DNA of 64,000 nt, from contig JBNKVZ010000001.1 in NCBI GenBank assembly GCA_050299455.1, forward strand, positions 28,035-92,034, in the 5' to 3' direction. The DNA comes from Thalassospira sp. (GTDB lineage: Bacteria > Pseudomonadota > Alphaproteobacteria > Rhodospirillales > Thalassospiraceae). Shown here piece after piece: positions 9,299-21,193 of this stretch. The notes under the pieces are model-generated. The model saw nothing but the letters and a program-made list of their open reading frames with translations. It did not search any database and had not been told where the DNA came from. Position 1 is the stretch's first letter; each line of letters starts with the position of its first letter. The translations under genes were made by a program, and so were the position numbers.

Positions 9299-10309
9299 TC
9301 AGACTTCGATCAAAATATCGGTAAACAGTTCGGACCGATCCGGTTCCGGACTGTTCTGCGCAAATTCCGCCGATTTGGCGACCTCTGCCTTAACTTCCTT
9401 GTCGATCTCTTTGAGACCGTCTTCATCAAGGATGTTTGCATCGATCAACAGCTTTTTGACCATGTCGATCGGGTCATGTTCCTTGCGCATCTTGTCCAGT
9501 TCGTCTTTCGTCCGGTATTTCGCCGGATCAGACATGGAATGCCCACGATAACGATAGGTTTTCAGCTCAAGAATGAACGGCCCGTTGCCTTCGCGGCAAT
9601 GTTTGATGGCGCGTTCGCCGGCTTCCTTGACGGCCAAAACGTCCATGCCGTCGACCTGCTCGCCCGGAATACCATACGCTTCACCGCGCAGATAAAGATC
9701 AGGGCTGGCCGAGTGACGCTGGGTTGATGTCCCCATGGCGTACTGGTTGTTTTCAATACAATAAACAACCGGCAACTTCCAAAGGGCCGCCATATTGAAA
9801 GACTCATAAACCTGGCCCTGGTTGACAGCACCGTCACCCAGATAGGTCAGGCAAACTTTGTCTTCGCCGCGATATTTGTAGTTAAAGGCAATACCGGTAC
9901 CCAGCGGAACCTGGCCGCCGACAATACCGTGACCGCCAAAAAAGTTCTTTTCCTTGGAGAACATGTGCATGGAGCCACCCTTGCCATGAGAGTAACCACC
10001 CTCACGACCGGTGAGTTCCGCCATGACGCCAGCGGAATCCATTCCGCAGGCCAGCATGTGCCCATGATCACGATAACTGGTGATCACACCATCATCGCCA
10101 GATGTCGCAGCCTGCATACCAACAACGACAGCTTCCTGACCGATATAAAGGTGGCAGAAACCACCGATCAGACCCATACCATATAACTGGCCGGCCTTTT
10201 CTTCAAAACGGCGGATCAGAAGCATGTCGCGGTAATATTTAAGGAGATCGTCACTGCTCGCCTGGTTGTCGGCGCGCGTCGTGGCGCGTTTGCGTTTTGT
10301 GGTCGCCAT
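9299..10309 (-). CDS. pdhA: Pyruvate dehydrogenase E1 alpha subunit
   Basis: 336 aa. Contains the ThDP-binding region GDGAVNQGQVYESFNMAALWKLPVVYCIENNQYAMGT. The SD GGGAGGA lies upstream of the ATG. Confidence 0.95.
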   Translation of the reverse strand: MATTKRKRATTRADNQASSDDLLKYYRDMLLIRRFEEKAGQLYGMGLIGGFCHLYIGQEAVVVGMQAATSGDDGVITSYRDHGHMLACGMDSAGVMAELTGREGGYSHGKGGSMHMFSKEKNFFGGHGIVGGQVPLGTGIAFNYKYRGEDKVCLTYLGDGAVNQGQVYESFNMAALWKLPVVYCIENNQYAMGTSTQRHSASPDLYLRGEAYGIPGEQVDGMDVLAVKEAGERAIKHCREGNGPFILELKTYRYRGHSMSDPAKYRTKDELDKMRKEHDPIDMVKKLLIDANILDEDGLKEIDKEVKAEVAKSAEFAQNSPEPDRSELFTDILIEV

Positions 10310-10333
10310 GATTCCTCCCGGTGGATGGCTCGC

Positions 10334-10379
10334 TTAAGCTTCTTTGAAAAGCAGCTTAATTCGGTATTGGACCACCGAA
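10334..10379 (-). promoter_or_regulatory. Two adjacent inverted repeats in the pdhA 5' leader/operator region
   Basis: TTAAGCT-N12-AGCTTAA occupies 10334-10359 and TTCGGT-N8-ACCGAA occupies 10360-10379. They lie 25-70 nt upstream of the pdhA ATG. Function is unknown; they could be an RNA hairpin or a protein operator. Confidence 0.3.
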
Positions 10380-11122
10380 ATAACTACTCAAAACAACGCA
10401 CATAAGCAAGCAATCTTGCGCCCTCTAACACCTTGTTTTGCAATGCACAATCATAAATAAACCGATATTCAGTTAATTGTAATTTTCCGAGCCTAAATGA
10501 TATTTTGTGAATAATCAGTCAGTTGGCCCTCTCCTTTGAAAATGGCTCTTTCCCCAACGTCACAAATGCTGTGATTTTATGAAAACAATTTTGATGAATG
10601 AATTTTCACCTTCGCAAACGCGACAAAACGCAGAATCAAAGGCTCCAGGGGCAATATCCCGCACCTATTGCGACATAACATCACCATGACTACCAGTGCC
10701 CGGCAATGCCGCCGCCCTCCCCCATGCAAATTGCTCGAGGGTTCATCTGTTTCATCAATCGGAATGAGGTTTAAAATGTTCCGGCACAATAAGTGCCTTC
10801 TACAGTCGTGACGTGAGAGCCAAAATCAGGAAGATATTCTGAGCAACCGGAGGGAAAAGCGCCCCCTAGCATCCACCCTGCTATCAGGGAATGGCAAACA
10901 GAACTGGTTTCTGTTTGCACGCGTTTGCAAGGCAACTTACCCCATGCCATCAACGAAAAGAGCCAGCATATTGAGGCCAATTTCCACATGAAAACGATGC
11001 TTTTAAGAGATCACAATCAGGAGCACTACGTCATTTCACAACGCAAATATGCGAGAGGAAACATTCGCCCACATCCATAACAAACAGAGCCTGCGAAACA
11101 CCATCAGATCAAGCGGGTGACG

Positions 11123-11482
11123 TCATTGATGATCGTAGCCGTTATGATGGAAGATGATCACGTCGTCAGGATTGGCCATATCCAGCATGATCCGTGCCCG
11201 TTCATCTAACAGATCAGGATCGAGACTTCCTGGACGTAATGCCTTGACCCGTTGCTCCAAAAGCTCCCGTCGGGCACGAATATCGTCTCGCAGTTTGACA
11301 ATCTCGGTGACCCTGTCCTGCATGGACCAATAAGCCAACAGGCCCCGGTCCCCTTCCACACTGTGGAAGATGAAATATACCATCACCGTAAAGGCAAAAA
11401 CCGGCGCAATGGCCTGCCGAAACCGACGAACTACCGGTGCTGATGACGACATCTCAAAATGAGCCCTAATGAATGAACGCAT
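11123..11482 (-). CDS. ftsB: Septum formation initiator (FtsB/DivIC family)
   Basis: 119 aa. It has a single TM (IAPVFAFTVMVYFIFHSV) followed by a short coiled coil (VTEIVKLRDDIRARRELLEQRVKAL). The position upstream of pdhA is typical. The start may instead be the internal ATG at 11452. Confidence 0.75.
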   Translation of the reverse strand: MRSFIRAHFEMSSSAPVVRRFRQAIAPVFAFTVMVYFIFHSVEGDRGLLAYWSMQDRVTEIVKLRDDIRARRELLEQRVKALRPGSLDPDLLDERARIMLDMANPDDVIIFHHNGYDHQ

Positions 11483-11680
11483 TTCCCGACCGGAAAAACG
11501 TTCCTATACCGTGACAATAAAACAACATAAGTTATTTCATCGTAAATTTAGAAGGTTACGATATCAGAGAATGAAAACGCACGATCAATTGGGCCAATTT
11601 GAACACAACAAGGTAAAAAGAGTTTTAAAACAGGTATCTTTTCTTGCCGTATTTACGATCAGTTAACAATTCGTAAACGC

Positions 11681-11709
11681 AAAAAGGCCACCCGTGACAG
11701 GTGGCCTTT
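11681..11709 (-). terminator. Intrinsic terminator downstream of eno
   Basis: Minus strand reads AAAGGCCACC tgtcacg GGTGGCCTTT followed by TTGCGTTT. It begins 28 nt after the eno stop. Confidence 0.7.
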
Positions 11710-11736
11710 GCATCCGTTTCGATTAGGAAACAGATT

Positions 11737-13068
<1,332 letters not shown>

Positions 13069-13075
13069 TTACAGC

Positions 13076-13108
13076 ATAAAAGAAATGCCGCCACAAATAT
13101 GGCGGCAT
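13076..13108 (-). terminator. Intrinsic terminator downstream of kdsA
   Basis: Minus strand reads ATGCCGCC atatttgt GGCGGCAT followed by TTCTTTTATG. Confidence 0.7.
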
Positions 13109-13120
13109 CTTGTATTAAGC

Positions 13121-13981
13121 CTATTCTGCGTCGAACATATCCAGACGAACCGGATTAGCCTTCGCAACAGCATCGAATTCCTTCAGAACCGAAAGGACCT
13201 CAGGAAGCTTGCCAAGAGGAATTTGATTGGGTCCGTCGCTAATGGCGGCGTCGGGATTGTCGTGGGTTTCAATAAACAATGCCGCGACACCAACAGAAAC
13301 AGCCGCGCGCGCCAAAACAGGCGCAAATTCGCGCTGACCGCCTGTTGTACCGCCCTGCCCACCTGGTTGCTGTACAGAGTGGGTTGCGTCAAACACAATC
13401 GGATAGCCCTGGCGGGCCATGGTGGGAAGTCCACGGAAGTCAGTCACCAGCGTATTATAGCCAAAGCTGGTTCCCCGATCACACAGCATGATATTTTCAT
13501 TGCCGGCTTCGGCGATCTTGTTGGCAACATTTTCCATGTCCCAAGGGGCAAGGAACTGCCCCTTCTTGACATTGATCGCCTTGCCCGTCGCGGCAGCCGC
13601 CACCAGCAGGTCCGTCTGACGGCACAGGAAGGCCGGGATCTGCAAAATATCGGCCACGCGCGCAACCGCTTCACACTGATCTGGCAAGTGAATATCGGTT
13701 ACAATCGGCAAACCGGTGACGTCCTTAACCTCACCTAAAATGTCAATTCCTTCGCTTAAACCCACGCCACGCATGGATTTATTGCTGGTGCGGTTGGCCT
13801 TGTCAAACGAGCTTTTATAAACCAGCCCAATACCCATGGCAGAGGTCAGTTCCTTAAGCGCGGTTGCCATTTCCAGCGCGTGCTGGCGGCTTTCAATCGC
13901 GCAAGGCCCTGCCAGCAAGGCAAAAGGCTTGTCGTTTGCAAATTCGATGTTGCCGACTTTGACAGTTTTAATCGTGGTCAT
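13121..13981 (-). CDS. kdsA: 3-deoxy-8-phosphooctulonate (KDO-8-P) synthase
   Basis: 286 aa from ATG 13981 (MTTIKTVKVGNIEFANDKPFALLAGPCAIES). Also contains ...FDATHSVQQPGG.... The ORF-track extension that overlaps pyrG was rejected. Confidence 0.95.
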   Translation of the reverse strand: MTTIKTVKVGNIEFANDKPFALLAGPCAIESRQHALEMATALKELTSAMGIGLVYKSSFDKANRTSNKSMRGVGLSEGIDILGEVKDVTGLPIVTDIHLPDQCEAVARVADILQIPAFLCRQTDLLVAAAATGKAINVKKGQFLAPWDMENVANKIAEAGNENIMLCDRGTSFGYNTLVTDFRGLPTMARQGYPIVFDATHSVQQPGGQGGTTGGQREFAPVLARAAVSVGVAALFIETHDNPDAAISDGPNQIPLGKLPEVLSVLKEFDAVAKANPVRLDMFDAE

Positions 13982-14009
13982 TTCAACTTCCCTGGACGTT
14001 AAGGCAGTC

Positions 14010-15647
<1,638 letters not shown>

Positions 15648-15702
15648 TCATCTCAAAGCACAAAGCCACGGTTACGCAACTTGCAAACCGGGGAGCAAAC
15701 AA

Positions 15703-15732
15703 TTCAAAAATTGAGGCGGCAATTTTGCCGCC
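15703..15732 (-). terminator. Intrinsic terminator downstream of secG
   Basis: Minus strand reads GAGGCGGCA aaat TGCCGCCTC followed by AATTTTTG. Confidence 0.7.
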
Positions 15733-15752
15733 TCTGATATCGGTATTAGCTA

Positions 15753-16109
15753 TTAACGTGTCGGCGCTGCCGGACCGCTATCTTGTTGCGGCGCCGGAGA
15801 AGGTGCCGTTTTATCAACATCAGACGTGGCCGCAGGCGCAGGTGCCTGATCCAGAATGGATGTCGGTGCGGCACGGTGATTACTTAACAACGCCAGAGCA
15901 AGGCTTGTGATCATAAAGGCCGCAGCCAGAATTGCCGTTGTACGGGTCAGAAGATTCGCCGCACTGCGCGAACTCATAACACCGAAATTACCGCCGCCGC
16001 TGTTGCCGCCGCCAATACCAAGTCCGCCGCCTTCACTGCGCTGAACCAGAATTACGGCAATCAAGCCGATCGCAAGAAGCAGGTGGATTACCAGAATGAC
16101 AGTCTGCAT
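15753..16109 (-). CDS. secG: Preprotein translocase subunit SecG
   Basis: 118 aa from ATG 16109 (MQTVILVIHLLLAIGLIAVILVQRSEGGGLG). It has a second TM and a Pro/Ala-rich tail. The 82-codon ORF-track extension has no SecG-like sequence and was rejected. Confidence 0.85.
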   Translation of the reverse strand: MQTVILVIHLLLAIGLIAVILVQRSEGGGLGIGGGNSGGGNFGVMSSRSAANLLTRTTAILAAAFMITSLALALLSNHRAAPTSILDQAPAPAATSDVDKTAPSPAPQQDSGPAAPTR

Positions 16110-16453
16110 GGCCTCAAAACTCTTGACTTGTAAATCCGGCGGCAGGCTGATTGCTGCCTGACCGGGCAAAATTTGATGCGTGTTTAACGCGTTTTGAAAC
16201 GGTTGGCTAGTATGTATTTGGCACGCGCCAAACCACAAAATCACCAACCAGATAAAATAAACCGCCCCTGCCAAGGCAGGTTGCGTATCATTATACTCTT
16301 TTTCGGGAGAATTCCCGGCCTGAAGCAAGGATCGTTCCTCGCGCCGGGAACACATCTTCGCCGATCATGCGCCAAAATGCAAGACTGCCATGTGCAATCT
16401 TGCACTTATCGCAAAAAATATGACCTCACCCAGTTATGGTGCCCTATCGGAGC

Positions 16454-16479
16454 GACGACTTATTAAGACGACTTATTAA
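16454..16479. repeat. Perfect 13-bp tandem duplication (GACGACTTATTAA x2)
   Basis: Copies occupy 16454-16466 and 16467-16479, about 55 nt downstream of the tpiA stop within the 423-bp tpiA-secG spacer. Confidence 0.9.
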
Positions 16480-16532
16480 TCGGTCAGCACCTGATTAATA
16501 ATGTGTCCCCCACAGAGAGCAAAATCGCCACC

Positions 16533-17291
16533 TTATTTACAGGCGGAAATAATGCCCCAGAAATCCGCGACCTTAAGGCTGGCACCGCCAACAAGGGCCC
16601 CGTCGACATTTTCGACAGCCAGAAGCTCTGCCGCATTGGACGGCTTTACCGACCCGCCATAAAGAATGCGAAAGGCATCGGCATCGGCAAAACGTTCTTT
16701 TAACTTGCGGCGGATAGCGGCGTGCATTTCTTCAACATCGGCAACCGCAGCGGTACGCCCCGTGCCAATCGCCCAGACAGGCTCATAAGCAATTACGGTG
16801 TTTTCTGCCGTCGCATCTTCGGGAAGGGAAACATCCATCTGACCACAGACAACCGCAATGGCCGCGCCAAGGTCGCGTTCCTGTTCGGTTTCGCCCACAC
16901 AAACCACAGCGGTCAAACCGGCATCATGGGCCGCGATTGTTTTTTGACGAATGACGGTAGAACTTTCACCGTGATCGGCACGACGTTCCGAATGACCCAA
17001 TATAACGTGGGTTGCCCCAATATCAGACAGCATCGATGCCGCAATATCCCCGGTATGCGCACCACTTTTGTCAAAATGGCAATCCTGGCCACCGGCATGA
17101 ATATCACAATGTCCCAGCACGCCGACAACATCGGCCAGCAGGGTCGCCGGCGGACATAACAAGATATCGCACGCTGGCCGTTCGCTTGCCCCCGACAGCT
17201 TGCTGGCAAGACCGCTGGCAAGTGCCAACCCGTCATCACGCAGACAATTCATTTTCCAGTTACCGGCAATCAGGGGGCGACGATCAGACAT
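16533..17291 (-). CDS. tpiA: Triosephosphate isomerase
   Basis: 252 aa from ATG 17291 ([15 protein letters not shown]). Also contains ILGHSERR and [11 protein letters not shown]. Confidence 0.95.
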   Translation of the reverse strand: MSDRRPLIAGNWKMNCLRDDGLALASGLASKLSGASERPACDILLCPPATLLADVVGVLGHCDIHAGGQDCHFDKSGAHTGDIAASMLSDIGATHVILGHSERRADHGESSTVIRQKTIAAHDAGLTAVVCVGETEQERDLGAAIAVVCGQMDVSLPEDATAENTVIAYEPVWAIGTGRTAAVADVEEMHAAIRRKLKERFADADAFRILYGGSVKPSNAAELLAVENVDGALVGGASLKVADFWGIISACK

Positions 17292-17622
17292 TGAAACCTT
17301 CCTCGACTTTATATGACGATGCGCATGCCATTTGACACGGCAAGAATTGCGACAACAATTCATTCATCATGAGTGATCACTTATGACAACGTTTCCGAAG
17401 CGCGTTCTACCATGCCTGCGCCCGGGGGAAAAGCCCACTTGAAGCCTCTTGTCACAGCATTTCAAACGGCTTATGCAATCGGGTGTTGCCGCCCTATCCT
17501 CCTCCCATTAAGATGCGCCTCCGATCCGCACGGTTTTGGTCGAATAACCGGCACCGTTTTGGCAAAAAAGTTACCGGCCGACAAGCGCCGGTGCGACGCA
17601 ACGAATTGTTAGGCTACGTAAT

Positions 17623-19515
17623 ATGCTTTCTGGCATTCGCACATTTTCACAATCCATCTTTGCCAAAATTCTCTTTGGCATTATCGCGATCAGCTTTGTC
17701 ATATGGGGTCTTAATGCCTCGATCTTGAGCCTTGGCAATTCCCGCGAAGTCGCCGAAGTTGGCAGCCAGTCTATTACGCCTGTCGAACTGGACCGCGCTT
17801 TCAAACGTAATATTGACAAGATGCGTCGGGTTTTTGGCCCCAGCTTTAATCAGCAACAGGCCATCCAGATGGGGCTGCTGAACAACACGGTTCAAGGGCT
17901 TGTGTCGCAGAAACTGCTTGAAGAAAATGCCCAGGATATCGGTATTGGCATTAGCGACGAAAAAGTTCGCAACAGCATTTTCAAAAACAAGAATTTCCAG
18001 GACCAAACCACTGGCAAGTTCGACCGCAAAAAATTCGAGCAGATTTTGTACCAAAACGGGTACAGCGAAGCCGAATTCATTGAAGGGATGCGCAGTGACC
18101 TGATGAGCCAGCAGGTTGTTACCAGCCTGGAAGCCGCCAGCACGCCGCCAGCACCGATGGTCAAAATCATTGCCGCCTACCGGAATGAAGAGCGGAGTGG
18201 TCAGTTCGTCACCCTGGGCGATGATGACATTGATCCGATCAAAACGCCGTCAGACGATGTTTTGAAAAAATACTATGACGATCATGGTTCCCAGTTCACC
18301 GCCCCGGAAACCCGCAATGCAACGCTTGTCCTTCTGACGGTTGATGGTATCGCCAAAACGATGACCGTCACCGACCAGGAAGTGCTGGATGCCTATAACC
18401 AGCGCATTGCCGAATTCCAGACGCCGGAAAAACGGGCTGTCGAACAAATCCTGTTCGCGCCAAACCAAAAAGAAAGTGCTACCGAAGCCTATAAGGCACT
18501 TCAGGGCGGTGAAGACTTCATGAAGGTCGCCACCGAAATGGCGGGCATGAAAGAATCGGTTGTCAAACTGGGTGAATTCACCAAGGAAAACATGCTGCCG
18601 TCTCTGCGCGATACCGTGTTTAGCCTGCCCAAAGGTGGTTATTCCAAACCCGTTGAAACCTCCCTTGGCTGGCATATTCTGCGTGTCACATCCATCACCC
18701 CGGCCCATGAAAAAAGCCTGGATGAAGTGCGTAATCAGGTTGAAAACGAGGTCAAGCATCAGAAAGCCCAAGACCAGATTTTCGATATTGCCGCCCAGCT
18801 TGATGACGAACTTGGTGCCGGTACCAGCCTGAAGGATGCCGCAGCAAAGGTTCATGGCCAGCTTTACACCCTGACAGACATCAAAAAAGGTCAGGATCTT
18901 GGCCAAGGCATTCCTGACAGCAAGGAAATCAATGCCAAAATTTACGCGCTCAATGAAGGCGACGAAAGCTTCCTGGAAGAAACCCAGAGCGGCGATCGCT
19001 ATGTTGTCAGTGTCACCAAGGTAACACCGTCTGCTGTCAAACCGTTTAAAGATGTTCGTGACGATGTGATTGCCGCCTGGAAGGTCGAGGAACAACAACG
19101 CCTGCTTGCCAAAAAGGCTGATGCCCTTGCCGCCCGTATCAATGACGGCAGCGCAAAACTTGAAACCATCGCCACCGAACTGGACAACAGCATCAACGAT
19201 ACGGGCGAAACGACCCGCGATGGCCGTGGCCTGTCGGCGGATGCCACCCCGGCCATTGCCGGCGCCCTGTTTGATCTTAAAAAAGGCAAGGCAAAATCGG
19301 TTACCAGCACCAATGGTGTTGCCCTGGTTGTTCTTGACAATGTCAAAGCCGCAAATACTGACCTTGGTAAAGACGATCCCATTATTGCTGAATTGCAGGA
19401 CAGCCTGAAGCAGGACGTTGTGTCGCAATATCTTGATTACTTGCGAGACGACATTTCTGTCAGCGTCAATAATTCCGTCATTAACGGTCTTTACGCACAA
19501 AATTCTGGCAACTAA
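17623..19515 (+). CDS. Periplasmic chaperone / peptidyl-prolyl isomerase, PpiD-like (SurA N-terminal domain plus parvulin domain)
   Basis: 630 aa. It has an N-terminal membrane anchor (IFAKILFGIIAISFVIWGL) and a parvulin-like segment (GGEDFMKVATEMAG...LGWHILRV). The position between tpiA and trpE is typical of alphaproteobacteria. Confidence 0.85.
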   Translation: MLSGIRTFSQSIFAKILFGIIAISFVIWGLNASILSLGNSREVAEVGSQSITPVELDRAFKRNIDKMRRVFGPSFNQQQAIQMGLLNNTVQGLVSQKLLEENAQDIGIGISDEKVRNSIFKNKNFQDQTTGKFDRKKFEQILYQNGYSEAEFIEGMRSDLMSQQVVTSLEAASTPPAPMVKIIAAYRNEERSGQFVTLGDDDIDPIKTPSDDVLKKYYDDHGSQFTAPETRNATLVLLTVDGIAKTMTVTDQEVLDAYNQRIAEFQTPEKRAVEQILFAPNQKESATEAYKALQGGEDFMKVATEMAGMKESVVKLGEFTKENMLPSLRDTVFSLPKGGYSKPVETSLGWHILRVTSITPAHEKSLDEVRNQVENEVKHQKAQDQIFDIAAQLDDELGAGTSLKDAAAKVHGQLYTLTDIKKGQDLGQGIPDSKEINAKIYALNEGDESFLEETQSGDRYVVSVTKVTPSAVKPFKDVRDDVIAAWKVEEQQRLLAKKADALAARINDGSAKLETIATELDNSINDTGETTRDGRGLSADATPAIAGALFDLKKGKAKSVTSTNGVALVVLDNVKAANTDLGKDDPIIAELQDSLKQDVVSQYLDYLRDDISVSVNNSVINGLYAQNSGN

Positions 19516-19532
19516 ACCAGCCAGCCCCATCA

Positions 19533-19562
19533 GGGCGACCCGGCAGCGGGTCGCCCTTTTTT
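19533..19562 (+). terminator. Intrinsic terminator downstream of the ppiD-like gene
   Basis: GGGCGACCCG gcag CGGGTCGCCC followed by TTTTTT. Confidence 0.85.
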
Positions 19563-19618
19563 AATTCCCGTCTTTTTGTTCTCATCGCATTTTATTTGGT
19601 TTTGATCGGATTGCCGCT

Positions 19619-21115
19619 ATGGATATCAAACCGGATTTTGAAACATTTTCACGTAACCACCAGGCCGGTATTGCCCAGGTCGTTTACACATCATTGACGG
19701 CCGACCTGGATACGCCGGTTTCAGCATTCCTGAAACTGGCCGAAGGCCTGCCCAACACCTACCTTCTAGAATCGGTAGAAGGTGGTGCCAGTCGGGGCCG
19801 TTATTCCTTTATCGGTTTCAAGCCGGACCTGATCTGGCGTTGCTTTGGCGAGCGGGCAGAAATCAATCGCCGTGTAATGGCCGATGCCGACGATTTCACC
19901 GCCCAGGATCAAAAACCGCTTGATGCCCTAAAGGCGCTGATTGTCGAAAGCCACATTGACCTGCCCGACCATTTGCCGCCCATGAGCGCGGGGCTGGTGG
20001 GCTATATGGGTTATGATACCGTCCGCCTGATGGAAAAGCTGCCCGACGAAAACCCCGATAATCTGGATGTGCCAGATGGCATTTTCATCCGTCCGACGGT
20101 CACGGCCAGCTTTGACACCATTGCCGATACGGTAACGGTTGTTACCCCTGTTCGCCCGGAAACCGGCATTGATGCACAGGCCGCCTATGACCTGGCCTGC
20201 GCGCGCTTAAATGATGTGGTCCAGCATTTCCAGCGCAATCTGTTTATCGACCGGCGCTCACGCACCGTACCGCAGGATCTGCCAGAGCCCGATGTCAGTG
20301 TAGACGAGGCCGGTTATCACGAGATGGTCGAACGCGCGAAAGAATATATTCGCGCCGGCGATATTTTTCAGGTCGTGTTATCGCAACGCTATTCATTGCC
20401 TTACCACCTGCCGCCTTTTGCCTTTTACCGGGCCTTACGGCGCATCAACCCCTCGCCCTTTATGTTCTATCTTGATATTGGCGGTTTTCAGGTTGTGGGC
20501 GCGAGCCCGGAAATTCTGGTGCGCCTGCGCGACGGCGAAGTCACCATTCGCCCGATTGCCGGGACCCGCAAACGCGGCAAAAATTCCGAAGAAGATAAAT
20601 TCCTGGCCAAAGACCTGCTGGATGATCCCAAGGAACGTTCAGAACATCTTATGCTGCTTGATCTGGGCCGAAATGACGTTGGCCGGGTATCGCAGCCCGG
20701 CACCGTGCGCGTTACCGACCGGGAAACCATCGAATATTATTCGCACGTCATGCACATCGTCTCGAATGTCGTGGGCCAAATTGACCCGCAATATGATGCC
20801 ATGGATGCCTTGAAGGCAGGCTTTCCTGCCGGAACCGTCTCGGGTGCGCCCAAGGTGCGGGCGATGGAAATCATTGACGAACTTGAACCGGTTCGCCGCG
20901 GTATTTATGCCGGATGTATCGGTTATATTTCGGCTGATGGGTCAATGGATACCTGCATCGCGCTGCGTACTGCCGTCATCAAGGATGAAAAGGTTCATAT
21001 CCAGGCCGGTGCCGGCATTGTCGTTGATAGCAAGCCCGAAATGGAACACCAGGAATGCCGCAATAAGGCGGGCGCCCTGATGGCAGCCTGCCGCGAAGCA
21101 CACCGTTTCGCATAA
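19619..21115 (+). CDS. trpE: Anthranilate synthase component I
   Basis: 498 aa. Contains LLESVEGG, the chorismate-binding region GDIFQVVLSQR, and GAGIVVDS. Confidence 0.95.
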   Translation: MDIKPDFETFSRNHQAGIAQVVYTSLTADLDTPVSAFLKLAEGLPNTYLLESVEGGASRGRYSFIGFKPDLIWRCFGERAEINRRVMADADDFTAQDQKPLDALKALIVESHIDLPDHLPPMSAGLVGYMGYDTVRLMEKLPDENPDNLDVPDGIFIRPTVTASFDTIADTVTVVTPVRPETGIDAQAAYDLACARLNDVVQHFQRNLFIDRRSRTVPQDLPEPDVSVDEAGYHEMVERAKEYIRAGDIFQVVLSQRYSLPYHLPPFAFYRALRRINPSPFMFYLDIGGFQVVGASPEILVRLRDGEVTIRPIAGTRKRGKNSEEDKFLAKDLLDDPKERSEHLMLLDLGRNDVGRVSQPGTVRVTDRETIEYYSHVMHIVSNVVGQIDPQYDAMDALKAGFPAGTVSGAPKVRAMEIIDELEPVRRGIYAGCIGYISADGSMDTCIALRTAVIKDEKVHIQAGAGIVVDSKPEMEHQECRNKAGALMAACREAHRFA

Positions 21116-21122
21116 GACACAT

Positions 21123-21161
21123 AAAAAAGCGGATGCCTTTATGATCGGGCATCCGCTTTTT
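21123..21161. terminator. Bidirectional intrinsic terminator between convergent trpE and the yibQ-like gene
   Basis: AAAAAA, then GCGGATGCC, a 10-nt loop tttatgatcg, GGCATCCGC, then TTTTT. Confidence 0.85.
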
Positions 21162-21193
21162 CTATCGTCGCAATATGCTGCAAACCGGAATGA

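Noticed and set aside
10577-10789. 70-codon minus-strand ORF and a 36-codon plus-strand ORF (10579-10689) in the AT-rich ftsB-pdhA spacer
   Set aside because: Neither has an SD. The composition is odd (MCRNILNLIPIDETDEP...), there is no signal or TM logic, and they overlap each other. These are most likely chance ORFs in AT-rich DNA.
16454-16479. Tandem 13-bp repeat considered as a mini CRISPR or VNTR array
   Set aside because: There are only two contiguous copies with no spacers and no cas genes. This is a simple duplication, not an array.
18250-19530. 426-codon minus-strand ORF antisense to the ppiD-like gene
   Set aside because: Shadow ORF inside a gene with clear PPIase and SurA-like features. 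It has no family resemblance and no RBS.
19516-19618. ppiD terminator considered as a trp attenuator with leader peptide upstream of trpE
   Set aside because: There is no small ORF with tandem Trp codons and no alternative antiterminator pairing. The hairpin directly follows the ppiD-like stop and is explained as its terminator.
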